A DNA stretch of 64,000 nt, from the NCBI GenBank assembly GCA_030390025.1, contig CM059438.1, forward strand, positions 70,248,001 through 70,312,000, in the 5' to 3' direction. Numbering within the stretch: position 1 is the first letter of the stretch; each line of letters starts with the position of its first letter. Under the pieces are notes generated by a model. It had not been told where the DNA came from. It searched no databases and saw only the letters and a list, made by a program, of their open reading frames with translations. Both the position numbers and the translations under genes were made by a program. Source of the DNA: Squalus acanthias (taxonomy: Eukaryota). Below, piece after piece: positions 1 through 12,835 of the stretch.

Positions 1-605
1 TCTAGAGGACTAGAATACAAGGGGGTAGAAGTTATGCTGCAGCTATACAAAACCCTGGTTAGACCACACCTGGAATACTGTGAGCAGTTCTGGGCATCCT
101 TCTAGGTAGGATGTATTGGCCTTGGAGTGAGTGCAGCGTAGGTTTACCAGAATGATACCCGGACTTCAAGGGTTAAGTTACAGGGAGAGAGTAGGGTTGT
201 ATTCCCTGGAATTTAGAAGGTTAAGGGGTGATCTGATCTAAGTTTTCAAGATATTAAGGGGAACAGATAGGGTAGATAGAGAGAAACTATTTCCGCTGGT
301 TGGGGATTCTAGGACTAGGGGCATAGTCTAAAAATTAGAACCAGAGCTTTCAGGAGTGAAATTAGGAAACACTTCTGTGCACAAAGGGTGGTAGAAGTTT
401 GGAACTCTCTTCCACAAACGGCAATTGATGCTAGATCAATTGTTAATTTTAAATCTGAGATTGATAGCTTTGTGTTAGCGAAAGGTATTAAGGGATATGG
501 GCCAAAGGCGGGTATATGGAGTTAGGTTGCAGATCAGTCATGATCTCATTGAATGGTGGAACAGGCTCGAGGGGCTGAATGGCCTGCTCCTGTTCCTATG
601 TTCCT
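1..605 (+). mobile_element. CR1 LINE 3' fragment (degraded ORF2 C-terminus and 3' UTR)
   Basis: Degenerate LVRPHLEY/RLRGDLI/WNSLP-coding segments and the CR1 3' tail ggggctgaatggcctgctcctgttcctatg; homologous to other CR1 copies in the window. Confidence 0.9.
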
Positions 606-609
606 AGTG

Positions 610-880
610 CCCTTGGACTGGGAAGAGGCCATATCGGGCAAGCTTTCCACTCCTGAATGCTACCACAAAGTGCAGATGATGTTAGTGGATGCTAGGTACG
701 AACAGGATTGCACTCAGCCGATAAGAGTCATAATAACCTGCTGAAGGCCACTGTCTCAGTTCACACGTGAAGAATACTCACTTGGGCGAGATAACAGAGG
801 GCTGCTAGCATTCATGGAACCGCTCCACAGCAAGAGTCACTGCCTTCAAGAGAGATGTGGAGATAATGGAGAAAAAAAGA
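610..880 (+). repeat. Old SINE-like interspersed repeat, 3' part (family unassigned)
   Basis: Shares cacacgtgaagaat..cacttgggcgag..ggaacc..ccttcaagagag with the copies near 8.3, 22.3 and 53.6 kb. Confidence 0.45.
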
Positions 881-2064
881 CTAAAATATATTTTAAAGAT
901 GTACAATTATCTGGTGAAGCAGCTTATAAAATAGTTTAACAAGTTAATGGATTGGAGGAGTGTGCACTGACCTCACAAAGCCAGAAAAGGTTTTGCAGAA
1001 GTTTGTGCAGAAGCAGATACAACTTTTGGGGGAATTGCCGCAGCCAATGTGATTATATTTTAACAGGGATTTAGGGGTAGGCCCTTCCCAGCTGCTTTGC
1101 GAGGATAGCCACTGTTCTCCGGCGACAAAAATTCATTCAAAGTCCACTTGCTTCATTGCAGTATATTGTAGCTGATCTCAAGTTCATATCTGGGGGATAG
1201 AGGCGAAGGAAAGCTGAGTGAATTGATGGCATAGTTATTGGTCTCACTGAATGTAGTGGCAAGCGTTGCGGAGAATCACCAGTGAATAATAATGTGAGGC
1301 GCTGAGCTTCATTTCAGCACCTGTGAGTAATGGACGTCTTTCCCATTTGTGAAATAGCTCTCATAAATCATCGGGAGAGTGAAATTTTTAATATTTTTGT
1401 GTTTCTGTTTTTGAAATAAAATCAGAAGTGAGCTTGTAACTCATTGGGTACTGAATACCCTGGCGAGTCTGAAAAGCACAACCCTATATTTTATTAACTT
1501 GAAGAATTTTACCTGAGAAGTTTAAGAAACTGATTATTATGAGAGAATGAAGAAAAGGAGGAGGAACACTTCCCCTGTGCACTTAATGCAGCGAAAACTA
1601 GTTTATGAACAACAGGTTCACAATTCCTCTACACCTTGCAAAAAAATCACAAAGACATTCTAGTGACCAGAGGAGTGCTTACACCGTTGTTGGGGTGTAA
1701 GTAACACATTCACAATTCCTTGTGCAACAGACGTCGCAAAAGTGTTGCCGACCATTTATTCGGATCTGTATCTTAAGCACGGTTCTTTGAGACCGTGTCT
1801 ACGATTCCACTGGAAAAACACAAAGGAGAAAACTTTCACAAATGCATTGATGATACTGTTACACATGAGGGTAAGTTCACTGATCCTGTGCTCCCAGCAG
1901 GGAAACAGACTCGGAGAGAATCGTGGGTCGGAGAATCGATGCTATCACTTTTTGTACCTCCATCTCCATTCCACGGTCCCTTCAAGCACAGCTGGGATCG
2001 ATGGATTTGGCTTACCGTGACCAGCAGAATTCTTATCCCGCAGAGATGTTTGGCTGAATTTGCC

Positions 2065-2107
2065 GGGGTTCGTTTCTAGAGGGATAGAATTGAAAAGCAG
2101 AGATGTT
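2065..2107 (+). mobile_element. CR1 fragment, left half (continues at 7485)
   Basis: tttctagagggatagaattgaaaagcagagatgtt joins atgttaaactcgtatagaacc at 7488, matching the contiguous CR1 sequence at ~30235-30300. Confidence 0.75.
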
Positions 2108-2363
2108 CCGCAGGATTTTCCCAGTGGCGGCGGGAGCTGGTTGGCGGGTTCCGGTCCCGCTCCCGGCTGCTGCCGCTCTGTGAAAAGGATTTTCCGTAGA
2201 TTGGCCTTGGGGTTCCTGGCCAATTAATAGGAAGCGGGTCTGATGACGTCATTTGATGATGCGTCATCAGCCGGTTTCCTTAAAGGGACCATGGCCACGT
2301 TGATTTTGACAGTTGTGCTGTCAGTGGTCTGCAGCATTGAGGTGCTGCAAACACTGACAAGCA

Positions 2364-2585
2364 CTGCACAAAGGTACACGGCTGCACCCAGGCTCTCGCA
2401 TGACTCCCTCCATATGCTTATGGAGGGAGTCACAGCACGCAGGGAGGTTCTCTTCCCTTCCCATGGGCAGAAGAGACCTCCCCAGGGCACCAACGCAGCC
2501 TGGTTGCACATTGCACAGGAGGGCACGAGCAGGGATGTTGTCAGGAGTACTTGGCTGCAGTGGCGCAAACCTTTCAATGATTTCA
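2364..2585 (+). pseudogene. Harbinger Myb/SANT-like (trihelix) DNA-binding protein remnant
   Basis: APRLSHDSLHMLMEGVTARREVLFP..KRPP..AWLHIAQE..RSTWLQWRKPFND matches the RF..L...V..R..LF..W..IA......RT..QCRK.FNDL pattern of Harbinger ORF2/MSANTD proteins. Confidence 0.7.
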
Positions 2586-3280
2586 GTAGATCACAAAACG
2601 TTACTGCAAAGCCACACTCAACCTCATCCTGCTGTGCCACTCATCACATTCCCATCAATCTGTCTTCCCTACCCTACTCCTGCACATCCTTACTCACACC
2701 AACTTACCTTGCATCGCCACCCATCCCTCTCTATCTACATTAGCACTTCCCCATCTCACGAGCCACCCTTCACACTCACCCACATCCTAGCCCAATCATA
2801 CCAACAAACAACACACAAGGGTAGGCACTTGGGTGTCTTATGCAATGCTCATGTAAATTTTCTGGTACTGTGTTGTCAAACATTGAAATCTTTATTTTCA
2901 ACACTTTGTCTTATTGTACAGATTTTGTTTTCCACTTTGGAAGTGTCCTTGTGAGTTGCCGTGAATGGTTAGGCATAATGGTACCCCCCGCAATGGTGAT
3001 GAGTGTGAAAGGAACGGCTTGGTCATTGTAGGAATGTTTTATGGTGCTGGTGTGGGGTGGTGTTAACCTGGCTTATCATGTGGCAGCCAGGGTGTACAGC
3101 ATCAAGTGAAGTGAATCTGGCCATGGTGATGCCATCGCTGGCCTCCCGGGCAGCAATGTGGTTGGGTGCTGATGCCCTGTGTCCTGTGCAGCATCAAGTG
3201 ATTGCACAGAAGGTTGGTGATGTTGGTGGTGATGTTGGTATGCCTGGTAATGTTGGTGTTGGGGCTGATAGTGGAGGGAT

Positions 3281-6200
3281 CATCGCAAGTCATCGCAAGA
3301 ATCCTCCTCAATCGCCTTCTCCCAGTGGCTGAAGAGATCCTCCCAGAGTCGCAATGCGGATGCCGCCCACTAAGGGGCACAATGGACATGATCTTCACCG
3401 TGCGTCAACTACAAGAGAAATGCAGGGAACAGCACCAACCGCTGCACATGGCCGCCTTTGACCTCACAAAGGCCTTCGACACTGTCAACCGTTAGGGATT
3501 ATGGAGTGTCCTCCTCAAATTTGGCTGCCCTCAAAAGTTTGTCGCCATCCTCCGCCTGCTTCACGATGACATGCAAGCCGTGATCCTGACCAACGGATCC
3601 ACCACAGACCCAATTCACGTACGGACCGGGGTCAAGCAAGGCTGTGTCATCGCACCAACACTCTTCTCGATCTTCCTGGCTGCAATGCTCCATCTCACCC
3701 TCAGTAAGCTCCCCGCTGGAGTGGAGCTAATCTACAGAACAAACGGGAAACTGTTCAACTTCCGTCGCCTCCAGTCCAGATCCAAGGTCGTCCCATCCTC
3801 TGTCATCGAATTACAGTATGCAGACGACCTTGTGTCTGCCCACACTCTGAGGCCGAACTCCAAACCATCGTCAACACCTTCACCGAAGCGTACGAGAGCA
3901 TGGGCCTTACACTAAACATTTGTAAGACAAAGGTCCTCTACCAACCTGCCCCTGCCACACAGTACTGCCCCCGATTATCAAAATCCATGACGAGGCCTTG
4001 GACAACGTGAACCACTTTCCATACCAAATCCCAGTTTGGCATAAGAATAAAACAAAAAAGGTGACTCAACCGTGGCAAACAAGGGAAATTAGGAATAGCA
4101 TAAGATCCAAGGAGAGGACATATAAATTGGCCAGAAAAAGCAGTAAACCTGAGGACTGGGAGCAGTTTAGGATTCAACAAAGGAGGACAAAGGGATTAAT
4201 TAAGAAGGGAAACATAGAATATGAGAGGAAGATTGCAGGGAACATAAAAAATGACTGTAAAAGCTTTAATAGATCTGTGAAGAGAAAAAGATTGGTGAAG
4301 TCAAGCGTAGGTCCCTTGCAGTCAGAATCAGGGGAACTTATAATGGGGAACAAAGAAATGGCAGACCAATTAAATACATATTTTGGTTCTGTCTTCACAA
4401 AGGAGGACACAAATAAACTCCCAGAGATGTCGGGGAACATAGGGTCTGAGGAAAGGGAGGAACTGAAAGAAATCAGTATTTGTAGGGAAATGGTGTTAGG
4501 GAAATTGACGGGATTGAAGGCCGATAAATCCCCAGGGCCTGATAATCTACATCCTAGGGTACTTAAGGAAGTGGCCCTAGAAATAGTAGATGCATTGCTG
4601 ATCATCTTCCAACATTCGATGGAATCTGGAACAACACCCATGGATTGGAGGGTAGCTAATGTAACCCCACTATTTAAAAAAGGTGGTAGAGAGAAAACAG
4701 GGAATTACAGACCGGTAAGCCTGACATCGGTAGTGGGGAAATGCTAGAGTCCATTATAAAAGATGTAATAGCAGAGCACTTGGAAAACAGTGACAGGATC
4801 GGACAAAGTCAACATAGATTTACAAAAGGTAAATCGTGCATGACTAATCTACTAGAGTTTTTTGAGGATGTAACTGGTAAAATAGATAAGGGAGAACCAG
4901 TGGATGTGGTGTATTTGGACTTTCAAAAGGCTTTCGATAAGGTCCCGCATAAGAGATTAGCGTGTAAAGTTAAGGCACATGGGATTGGGGGCAAGGTATT
5001 GACTTGGATAGAGAACTGGTTGGCAGACAGAAAGCAAAGAGTTGGAATAAACAGGTCTTTTTCCCAGTGGCAGGCAGTGACTAGTGGGGTACCGCAGGGA
5101 TCGGTCCTTGGACCCCAGCTATTCACAATATTAATGATCTAGACAAGGGAACTAGATGTAATATCTCCAAGTTTGCAGACGACACAAAGCTGGGTGGGCA
5201 TGTGTGCTGTGAGGAGGATGCCGAGAAACTCCAGGATGATTTGGACAGGTTGGGTGATTGGGCAGAAGCATGGCAGATGCAATATAACGTGGATAAATGC
5301 GAGGTTATCCACTTTTGTGTCAAAAACAGGAAGGCAGATTATTATCTGAATGGCAATAGATTGGGAGAAGGGGAAGTGCAACGAGACCTGGGTGTCCTTG
5401 TGCACTAGTCGCTGAAGGTAAGCATGCAGGTGCAGCAGGCGGTTAAGAAGGCAAATGGTATGTTGGCCTTCGTAGCGAGAGGGTTTGAGTACAGGAACAA
5501 GGATGTCTTGCTGCAGTTGTACAGGGCCTTGGTGAGACCACATCTTGAGTATTGTGTGCAGTTTTGGTCGCCTTATCTGAGGAAGGAGGTTCTTGCCCTG
5601 GAAGGAGTTCAGCGAAGATTCACCAGGCAGATACCTGGGATGGCAGGAATGACGTATGAGGAGAGATTGGGTCGATTGGGCTTATACTCGCTGGAGTTTA
5701 GAAGAATGAGAGGGGATCTCATTGAAACTTGTAAAATTCTGACAGGACTGGACAGACTAGATGCAGGAAGGATGTTCCCGATGGTCGGGGAATCCAGAAC
5801 CAGGGGTCACAGTCTAAGGATAAGGGGTAAGCCATTTAGGACAGAAATGAGGAGGAATTTCTTCACCCAGAGGGTGGTGAACCTGTGGAATTCTCTACCA
5901 CAGAAGGCAGTAGAGGCTAATTTATTAAATATATTCAAGAAGGAGTTGGATATATTTCTTAAGGCTAAAGGGATCAAGGGATTTGGGGAGAAAGCAGGGA
6001 CAGGGTTCTGAATTTGGATGATCAGCCATGATCGCATTGAATGGCGGAGCAGGCTAGAGGGGCCGAATGGCCTACTCCTGCTTCTATCTTCTATGTTTCT
6101 ATACGTCGAGAGCCTATTGTCAACAAGGGCAGACATCAGTGACGAAGTCCAACACTGCCTTCAGTGTGCCAGTTCAGCCTTCGGTCGCCTGAGGAAGAGA

Positions 6201-6898
6201 GTGTTTGAAGACCAGGACCTCAAACCCAGCACCAAGCTCATGGTCTACAGAGCAGTAGTGATATCCACCCTCCTGTATGCTTCAGAGACATGGACCATGT
6301 ACAGCAGGCACCTCAAAGCACTGGAGAGGTACCACCAACGCTGCCTCCGCAAGATCCTGCAAATCCATTGGCAGGATAGGTGCACCAATGTCAGTGTTCT
6401 CGCTCAGGCCAACATCCCCAGCATCGAAGCTTTGACCACGCTCGATCAGCTCCGATGGACAGGCCACATCGTCCGCATGCCTGATACGAGACTCCCAAAA
6501 CAAGCGCTCTATTCGAAGCTCCGACAAGACAAGAGAGCCCCAGGTGGGCAGAGGAAATGCTTCAAGGACACCCTCAAAGCCTCCTTGAAAAAGTGCAACA
6601 TCCCCACCGACACCTGGGAATCCCTGGCCCAAGACCGCACAAAGTGGAGGAGAAGCATCCGGGACGTCGCCGAACACCTCGAGTCTCTTTGCCGGGAGCA
6701 AGCAGAAGCTAAGCGCAAACAGTGGAAGGAGCGCACGTCAACCCAAGCACCCCACCCACCCGTCCCTTCAACCACCATCTACCCAACCTGTGACAGAGAC
6801 TTTAGGTCCCGCATTGGACTCATCAGTCACCTGAAAACTCATTTTTAGTGTGGAAGCAAGTCATCCTCGGTCCCGAGGGACTGCCTAAGAAGAAGAAG
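3281..6898 (+). mobile_element. 5'-truncated RTE-clade (BovB-like) LINE interrupted by a CR1
   Basis: RT motifs PESQCG.R, FDLTKAFDTV, GVKQGCVIAPTLF, QYADD; C-terminal CDRDFRSRIGLISH finger; (AAG)n tail; 11-bp TSD agtggagggat at 3270-3280 and 6899-6909. Confidence 0.92.
4025..6100 (+). mobile_element. 5'-truncated CR1 LINE nested in the RTE (frameshifted RT)
   Basis: KSPGPD, NYRPVSLTS, YLDFQKAFD, GVPQGSVLGP, FADD motifs; CR1 3' tail; atac duplicated at 4021-4024 and 6101-6104. Confidence 0.93.
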
Positions 6899-7484
6899 AG
6901 TGGAGGGATTCAGAGGACCAAGGTGAGATTTTTTCAAGGGCGCCGATGTTGCTGGAATAGATGGCAGCTGATGTTGAGATGACAGAAGCGATCTGTCAAT
7001 GATGAGAGAGCTTGCTCCAAGGAGGTGATAGTGGATAGAGAGTTTACTCCAAACACTTCCAAACTGCATACAGCTCCAAAGTGTCTTCCAAGTCCTGAAG
7101 GCTCAAGCTTTTGACATTGGATAGTGACCAGCTGTGAAATGGTAGCTTTCATACCACTTTTGCAGCTGTCACCTATTCACAGCAATGGGGAGACATAGAG
7201 AACTTGACATCATCTCTGAACGACGGGAACTCCGTTAAAAATTAGGGAAAATAGAAAAAGTCTGGCAAAATCGTAGTAAACAAGCACTTCACAAGCAGCT
7301 AACTGCCTTAAATGCCTCTCCCGCCGCTTGGTGTCGGGTCTGTTCTGAAGTCGCAAACCCGACACTTTGGAAACTGACGTGGAGGTGGATTCGTGGTGGG
7401 TTCCCAACCTGCCGTCAATCATTTTGAATTTAACAGCTGACCCGCCTCCGAACCCGCACTCTGAGCGCCGGCAAAATCGCGGCC

Positions 7485-8083
7485 GTTATGTTAAACTCGT
7501 ATAGAACCTTGGTTAGACCACACTTAGAGTACTATGCACAGTTCTGGTCTTCATATTATGAAAAGGATATGGAGGCACTGGAGAAGGTGAGAAAAAGATT
7601 TGCAATGATGATACCAGAACTCAGAGGTTATACCTATCAGGAAAGATTGAACAGGCTCTGGCTTTTTTCTCTAGAAAGGAGAAAGCTGAGGGGTGACCTG
7701 ATAGAGGTCTTTAAGATTATGAAAGGGTTTGATAGGGTAGACATAGAGAAGATATTTCCACTTGTGGGGGAGACCAAAACTTGGGGCCATAAATGTAAGA
7801 TAGTCAGTCATAAACCCAATAGAGAATTCAGGAGAAACTTCTTTACCCAGAAAGTGGTTAGAATGTGGAACCTGCTATCACAAGAAATATTTGAGGCAAA
7901 TAACATAGATGCATTTAAGGGGAAGCTAAATAAACACATGAGGGAGAAAGGAATAGAGCGGTATGTTGATTGGGTTCGATGAAGAGGGATGGGAGGAAGC
8001 TCATTTGGAGCATAAACACAGCATAGACCAGTTGGGCTGAATGGCCTGTTACTGTGCTGTACATTCTGTGTAACTCTTTGTAA
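7485..8083 (+). mobile_element. CR1 3' fragment, right half
   Basis: ORF 7488-7982 with LVRPHLEY..RGDLIEVFKIMKG..WNLL; CR1 3' tail. Confidence 0.9.
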
Positions 8084-8269
8084 TTTGTTTGCTCCTATTG
8101 AAGAAACAGTGCCCCATCAGCCTTCTTATTAAAACCGGAAACCATTCCAAGGATTGACATCAATTATAATACCCTTTTGTTTGTCATTTTGCATAAAAGT
8201 TGAGTGTTGGAGTTCTCCCCATTGTCTTAGTAGGCAAAGGCATTGCCCGTGTGCTACTGAAGGACCTAT

Positions 8270-8620
8270 GTTCCACTGCTCAGATAACTGATCTAAATCA
8301 GGGTGCACCTGAAAGCACAGCAGTTGACTTCAGTGTCCATGAGGTAAGGAGGGGAAAAAAATTCAGCTGGAGTTCTGGCTGCTGTTCACGATCCTGTGAC
8401 TCATGTTGGACTTTGATGACTTGGATGTGAAGTAAGGAGAAGACCAAGCTTGGCTCTGACAACCTATCTCCTGTCCCCACCATGATTAAAGAGCTTGCTG
8501 ACAGTCATTCTCCAGGCTCACATATGATGAATGACCACTTAGATAGCAGTGGAGGAATATCAGTGCCATTGGAATCATATCTCAGCACAAGTAGATGACT
8601 TGAGGAGACGAGAGGGGGTA
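8270..8620 (+). repeat. Old SINE-like repeat (same family as ~13.9, 22.3, 45.7 and 53.6 kb)
   Basis: ctgatct..ggaggggaaaaa..cagctggagttc..caggctcacatatgatgaatgaccactt shared with other copies. Confidence 0.45.
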
Positions 8621-9099
8621 AACAAAAGGGAAAGCAAATTGGAAAAATAATTCAGTGAAAGGAAAGTGCTGATTGCTTCATCACACGACCTGGCCTTGAG
8701 GAGTGATTGAGTCTGACAGAATGAGGGACCTGAATTAACACAGACATTCGGCACTGAAGCACTTTAGTTGAGTAATGTCTCTGTTAATGTTAATTTGTCT
8801 TTTTTGCCCTGATAACAACATTCGCTCTTTAAAATGAGGGATGAGAATGCTGGGGAATTAAACATTTCCTCCTTGTAACCAGACCCAAGAACTGGTCATC
8901 GGTTAAATAAAGTATTGTCAAACTTTCAAAAAAACTGTGGGTCTGAAATCACTCTATATATAGAAACATCGGAGAATATCTTTTTTCTCCATAAATAACT
9001 GGCTAACTATCTCAGGAACATGCAGCTTTAAAATGAGCAATTACTGAAAAAGCAATTTCATTAGAGGGTTACTAATTATGAAAACCTGTAATTTTCAAA

Positions 9100-10370
9100 A
9101 TCACATGGAACTTATGGATGGAGAAGGTCATTCAGTCCATCTTTATTCATCCATCCAGAACAACAATACTCTCCCTCCATTGCAGCATCTAATTATTTAT
9201 GAAATAACGCCAGGGTTTTCACCTTCACCTGTACACCCAGAAGTCCATTCTACATGTTGAGCACTCTGTGTGAAGACGCTGCAGATCAGTCCTAAAGTTA
9301 CCTTTTACTGATCTGAACCTGGCCCTACTCCCATAGTTTCATTTAAAGTAACATTCCAGATTAACCTTTTCCATGCCATTTACAATCGTATATACCTCTA
9401 AGATCACCTCTCAGACACTTCCTTTCCAGGCTGAAAAGCCAAACTCTATCCAGGTTTTCCGCTAAACTCAGAGCCCTGACACGAAGGATCAGCCTATGGC
9501 TCTTTTCTGCACTGTCTCCAGCACTTGACTGTCTCCCTTGTTTCCAATTGACCAGAACTGGGCACAGTATTCAAGGTGCAGTTTGATCGGAGCACTAGAC
9601 AGGTTTCACCATGGCTTCCTCTGACATGTTTGGCTATGTATGGTTTTGGCTATGTAGTTCAACATTCAGTTGGCTTTGTTAATTGCTGCTCTGCATTGGT
9701 TGGACATGTTGAGTCTACTAAGACTCGTAAGTCTCTTTCAACTTCATCCTCCGCTATTTCAACACCACTCATGAGGACAAAGGCAAAATACTGCGGATGC
9801 TGGAAATTTAAAATGGTGGAAACACTCAGCAGGTCAGGCAGTTTCTGTGGAAAGAGAAACAGAGTTAACATTTCAGGTCGATGACCTTTCATCAGAACCA
9901 TTCATGAAGTATGTATTTTCTGCTTTTATCTCAGATTTTCGGCATCCGCAGTATTTTGCTTTTGTTGCATGAAGTATGTATGTTGTCCAGTTTTCACAAC
10001 TGTGTGCAATACTTTACATTTATTTAAATTAAATTACTTCTGCCATTGTTCAACCCACTCACATATTTTGTTCAGCAGGCTGCCTCCTTTGATTCCACTG
10101 CTCTTCTGAGTTTGGTAACATCTGCAAATTTAACCAATTTGCACTGTGTTTCAGAATTTCAATCATTGATGTAAATTAAAAAGAGTCGTGGTCCCAACAT
10201 TGAGCCTTGGGATACCGCACCCCACACTGACCAGTGTGTGAGGGAATTTTAAAATCATCTATTAACCCTCTAACCAGCACCCATTATTTTCTACTCTCAG
10301 CCGATTTCTTATCCAAACCCAGTTTTGCCCTGAATCCCCACAGCTTTGAGCTAAATTCGTAATTCTCTTT
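9100..10370 (-). mobile_element. Old, degraded CR1 LINE
   Basis: Reverse-complement CR1 motifs (accagaactgggcacagtattcaag; catctgcaaattt; ggtcccaacattgagccttggg). Confidence 0.7.
9777..9967. mobile_element. Short repeat with inverted termini (probably Penelope-derived) inserted in the CR1
   Basis: gcaaaatactgcggatgc at the left end and gcatccgcagtattttgc at the right end; body cagcaggtcaggcag..tttcaggtcgatgacctttcatcagaac. Confidence 0.55.
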
Positions 10371-10659
10371 TTTTTATTAAAAGTGTAATCTCACCCTCTA
10401 TATATACCCCTACTCCAGCAGCATTCCGATTACCAACTTTACCTGTAGCTTTTTTGAATTAAGATGGGCCAGTTTGTGCTTGAGATGAAACTCCTCACTT
10501 CTTTCATTCAATGGGACAACACTCTGAATGCCGAATCATCTACGAATTAAAACATTGACCAGCTGGTCGGTAGACAAGTTCTCTGCTTCTTCTACCACTA
10601 CTTTTAGTGCCTATTGTTTGTACTGATCCTTGTTAGCGGCTGCAGTGTATTTTCCAAAA

Positions 10660-12835
10660 CGTGTTCGCTGACCTACATTGGCTCCCGATTAAGCAACGCC
10701 TCGATTTCAAAATTCTCTTCCTTGTTTTCAAATGAGTGCAAAAGACGAGGCTGAAGCATTTACAACCATCTTCAGCCAGAAGTGCCGAGTGGATGATCCA
10801 TATCGGCCTCCTCCTGAGGTCCCCACCATCACAGAAGCCAGTCTTCAGCCAATTCGATTCACTCCACGTGATATCAAGAAACGGCTAAGTGCACTGGATA
10901 CAGCAAAGGCTATGGGCCCGACAACATCCCGGCTGTCGTGCTGAAGACTTGTGCTCCAGAACTAGCCGTGCCTCTAGCTAAGCTGTTCCAGTACAGCTAC
11001 AGCACTGGCGTCTATCCGACAATGTGGAAAACTGCCCAGGTATGTTCTGTCCAGAAAAAGCAGGACCAATCCAATCCGGCCAATTACCGCCCCATAAGTC
11101 GACTCTCAATCATCAGCAAAGTGATGGAAGGTGTCGTCGACAGTGCTATCAAGCAGCACTTACTCACCAATAACCTGCTTACTGATGCCCAGTTTGGGTT
11201 CCACCAGGACCACTCAGCTCCCTACCTCATTTGCAGCCTTGGTCCAAAGGAGCTGAATTCCGGAGGTGAGGTGAGAGTGATTGCCCTTGACATCAAGGCA
11301 ACACTTGACCGAGTGTGGCATCAATGAGCCCTAGTGAAACTAAAGTCAATGGGAAACGGGGGGAAAATTCTCCACTGGCTGAAGTCATACCGAGCACAAA
11401 GGAAGATGGTTGTGGTGGTTGGAGGTGAATCATCACAGCCCCAGGACATCACTGCAGGAGTTCCTCAGGGTAGAGTCTGAGGCCCAACCATCTTCAGCTG
11501 CTTCATCAATGACCTTCCCTCAAACATAATATCAGAAATGGGAATGTTCGCTGATGACTGCAGAGTCTTCAGTGCCATTTGCAACTCCTCAGATAATGAA
11601 TCAGTCCATGCCCGCATGCAACAAGACCTGGACGATATTCAGGCTTGGGCTGATAAATGGCAGGTAACATTCGCACCACACAAGTGCCAAGCAATGACTA
11701 TCTCCAACAAGCGAGAGTCTAACGACCAGCCCTTGACATTAAACGGCATTACCACCGTCGAATCCCCCACCATCAACATCCTGGGGGTCACCATTGACCA
11801 GAAATTTAACTGGACCAGCCACATAAATACTGTGGCAACAAGAGCAGGTCAGAGGCTTGGTATTCTGTGGTGAGTGTCTCACCTCCTGACTCCCCAAAGC
11901 CTTTCCACCATCTACAAGGCACAAGTAAGGAATGTGATGGAATACTCTCCACTTGCCTGGATGAGTGCAGCTCCAACAACACTCAAGAAGCTTGACACCC
12001 TCCAGGACAAAGCAGCCCGCTTGATTGGCACCCCATCCACCACCTTAAACATTCACTCCCTCCACCACCGGCGTACCGTGGCTGCAGTGTGTACCCTCTA
12101 CAAGATGCACTGCAGCAACTCGCCATGGCTTCTTCGGCAGCAACTCCCAAACCCGCGACCTCTACCACCTAGAAGGACAAGGGCAGCATGCGCATGGGAA
12201 CACCACCACCTCCAAGTTTCCCTCCAAGTCACACACCATCCTGACTTAGAAGTATATCGCCATTCCTTCATCGTCATTGGGTCAAAATCCTGGAACTCCC
12301 TCCCTAACAGCACTGTGGGAGTACCTTCACCACACGGACTGCAGCAGTTTAAGAAGGCGGCTCACCACCACCTTCTCGAGGGCAATTAAGGATGGGCAAT
12401 AAATGCTGGCCTTGCCATTGACGCCTATATCCCATGAACAAATAAATGAAAATAAAAATCCCTCCATGGCCTCGGCCCTCCCTATATCTGGAATTTCCTC
12501 CAGCCCCACAACCCCCCCTAGATATCTGCGTTGCTCTAATTCTGCTATCTTGAGCATCCATAATTATAATCGCTGAACCATAGGTGGCCGTGCCTTCTGT
12601 TGCCTATGCCCTAAGCTCTGGAATTCCCTCCCTAAACCTCTCCGCCTCTCTACCTCTCTTTCCTCCTTTAAGACGTTCCTTAAAACCTACCTCTTTGACC
12701 AAGTTTTTGGTCATCTGCCCTAATTTCTCCTTAAGTGGCTCGGTGTCGAATTTTTTTTGTCTGATATTACTCCTGTGAAGTGCCTTGGGATGTTTTACGA
12801 TGTTAAAGGCGCTATATAAATGCAAGTTGTTGTTT
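10660..12835 (+). mobile_element. L2 LINE 3' fragment split by a younger LINE
   Basis: LHWLP-coding start (ctacattggctcccg) at ~10673 resumes at ~12458; L2 tail ggcgctatataaatgcaagttgttg; homologous to the L2 at 46092-46520. Confidence 0.8.
10730..12459 (+). mobile_element. 5'-truncated CR1/Jockey-group LINE of a distinct family (frameshifted RT)
   Basis: KAMGP, NYRPIS, LDIKA..DRVWH, GVPQG, MFADD and YKAQVR.VMEY motifs; A-rich tail. Confidence 0.88.

Larger units (their letters stand above)
2108..7484 (+). mobile_element. Non-autonomous PIF/Harbinger element, copy 1 (Myb/SANT remnant on +, transposase C-terminal remnant on -), carrying nested RTE and CR1
   Basis: Homologous to 31889-38876 (inverted) and 56596-58200; degenerate TIR-like ends; apparent GTT duplication inside the CR1; Myb/SANT-like peptide; HIAAREASDGITMARF on the minus strand near 3110-3160. 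Confidence 0.75.

Noticed and set aside
2243..2743. Host MYPOP/MSANTD-like gene
   Set aside because: Three decayed copies inside TIR-bounded repeats indicate a transposon remnant
6018..6848. 276-aa ORF as a novel gene
   Set aside because: Chance fusion of the CR1 3' UTR to the RTE C-terminus at an insertion junction
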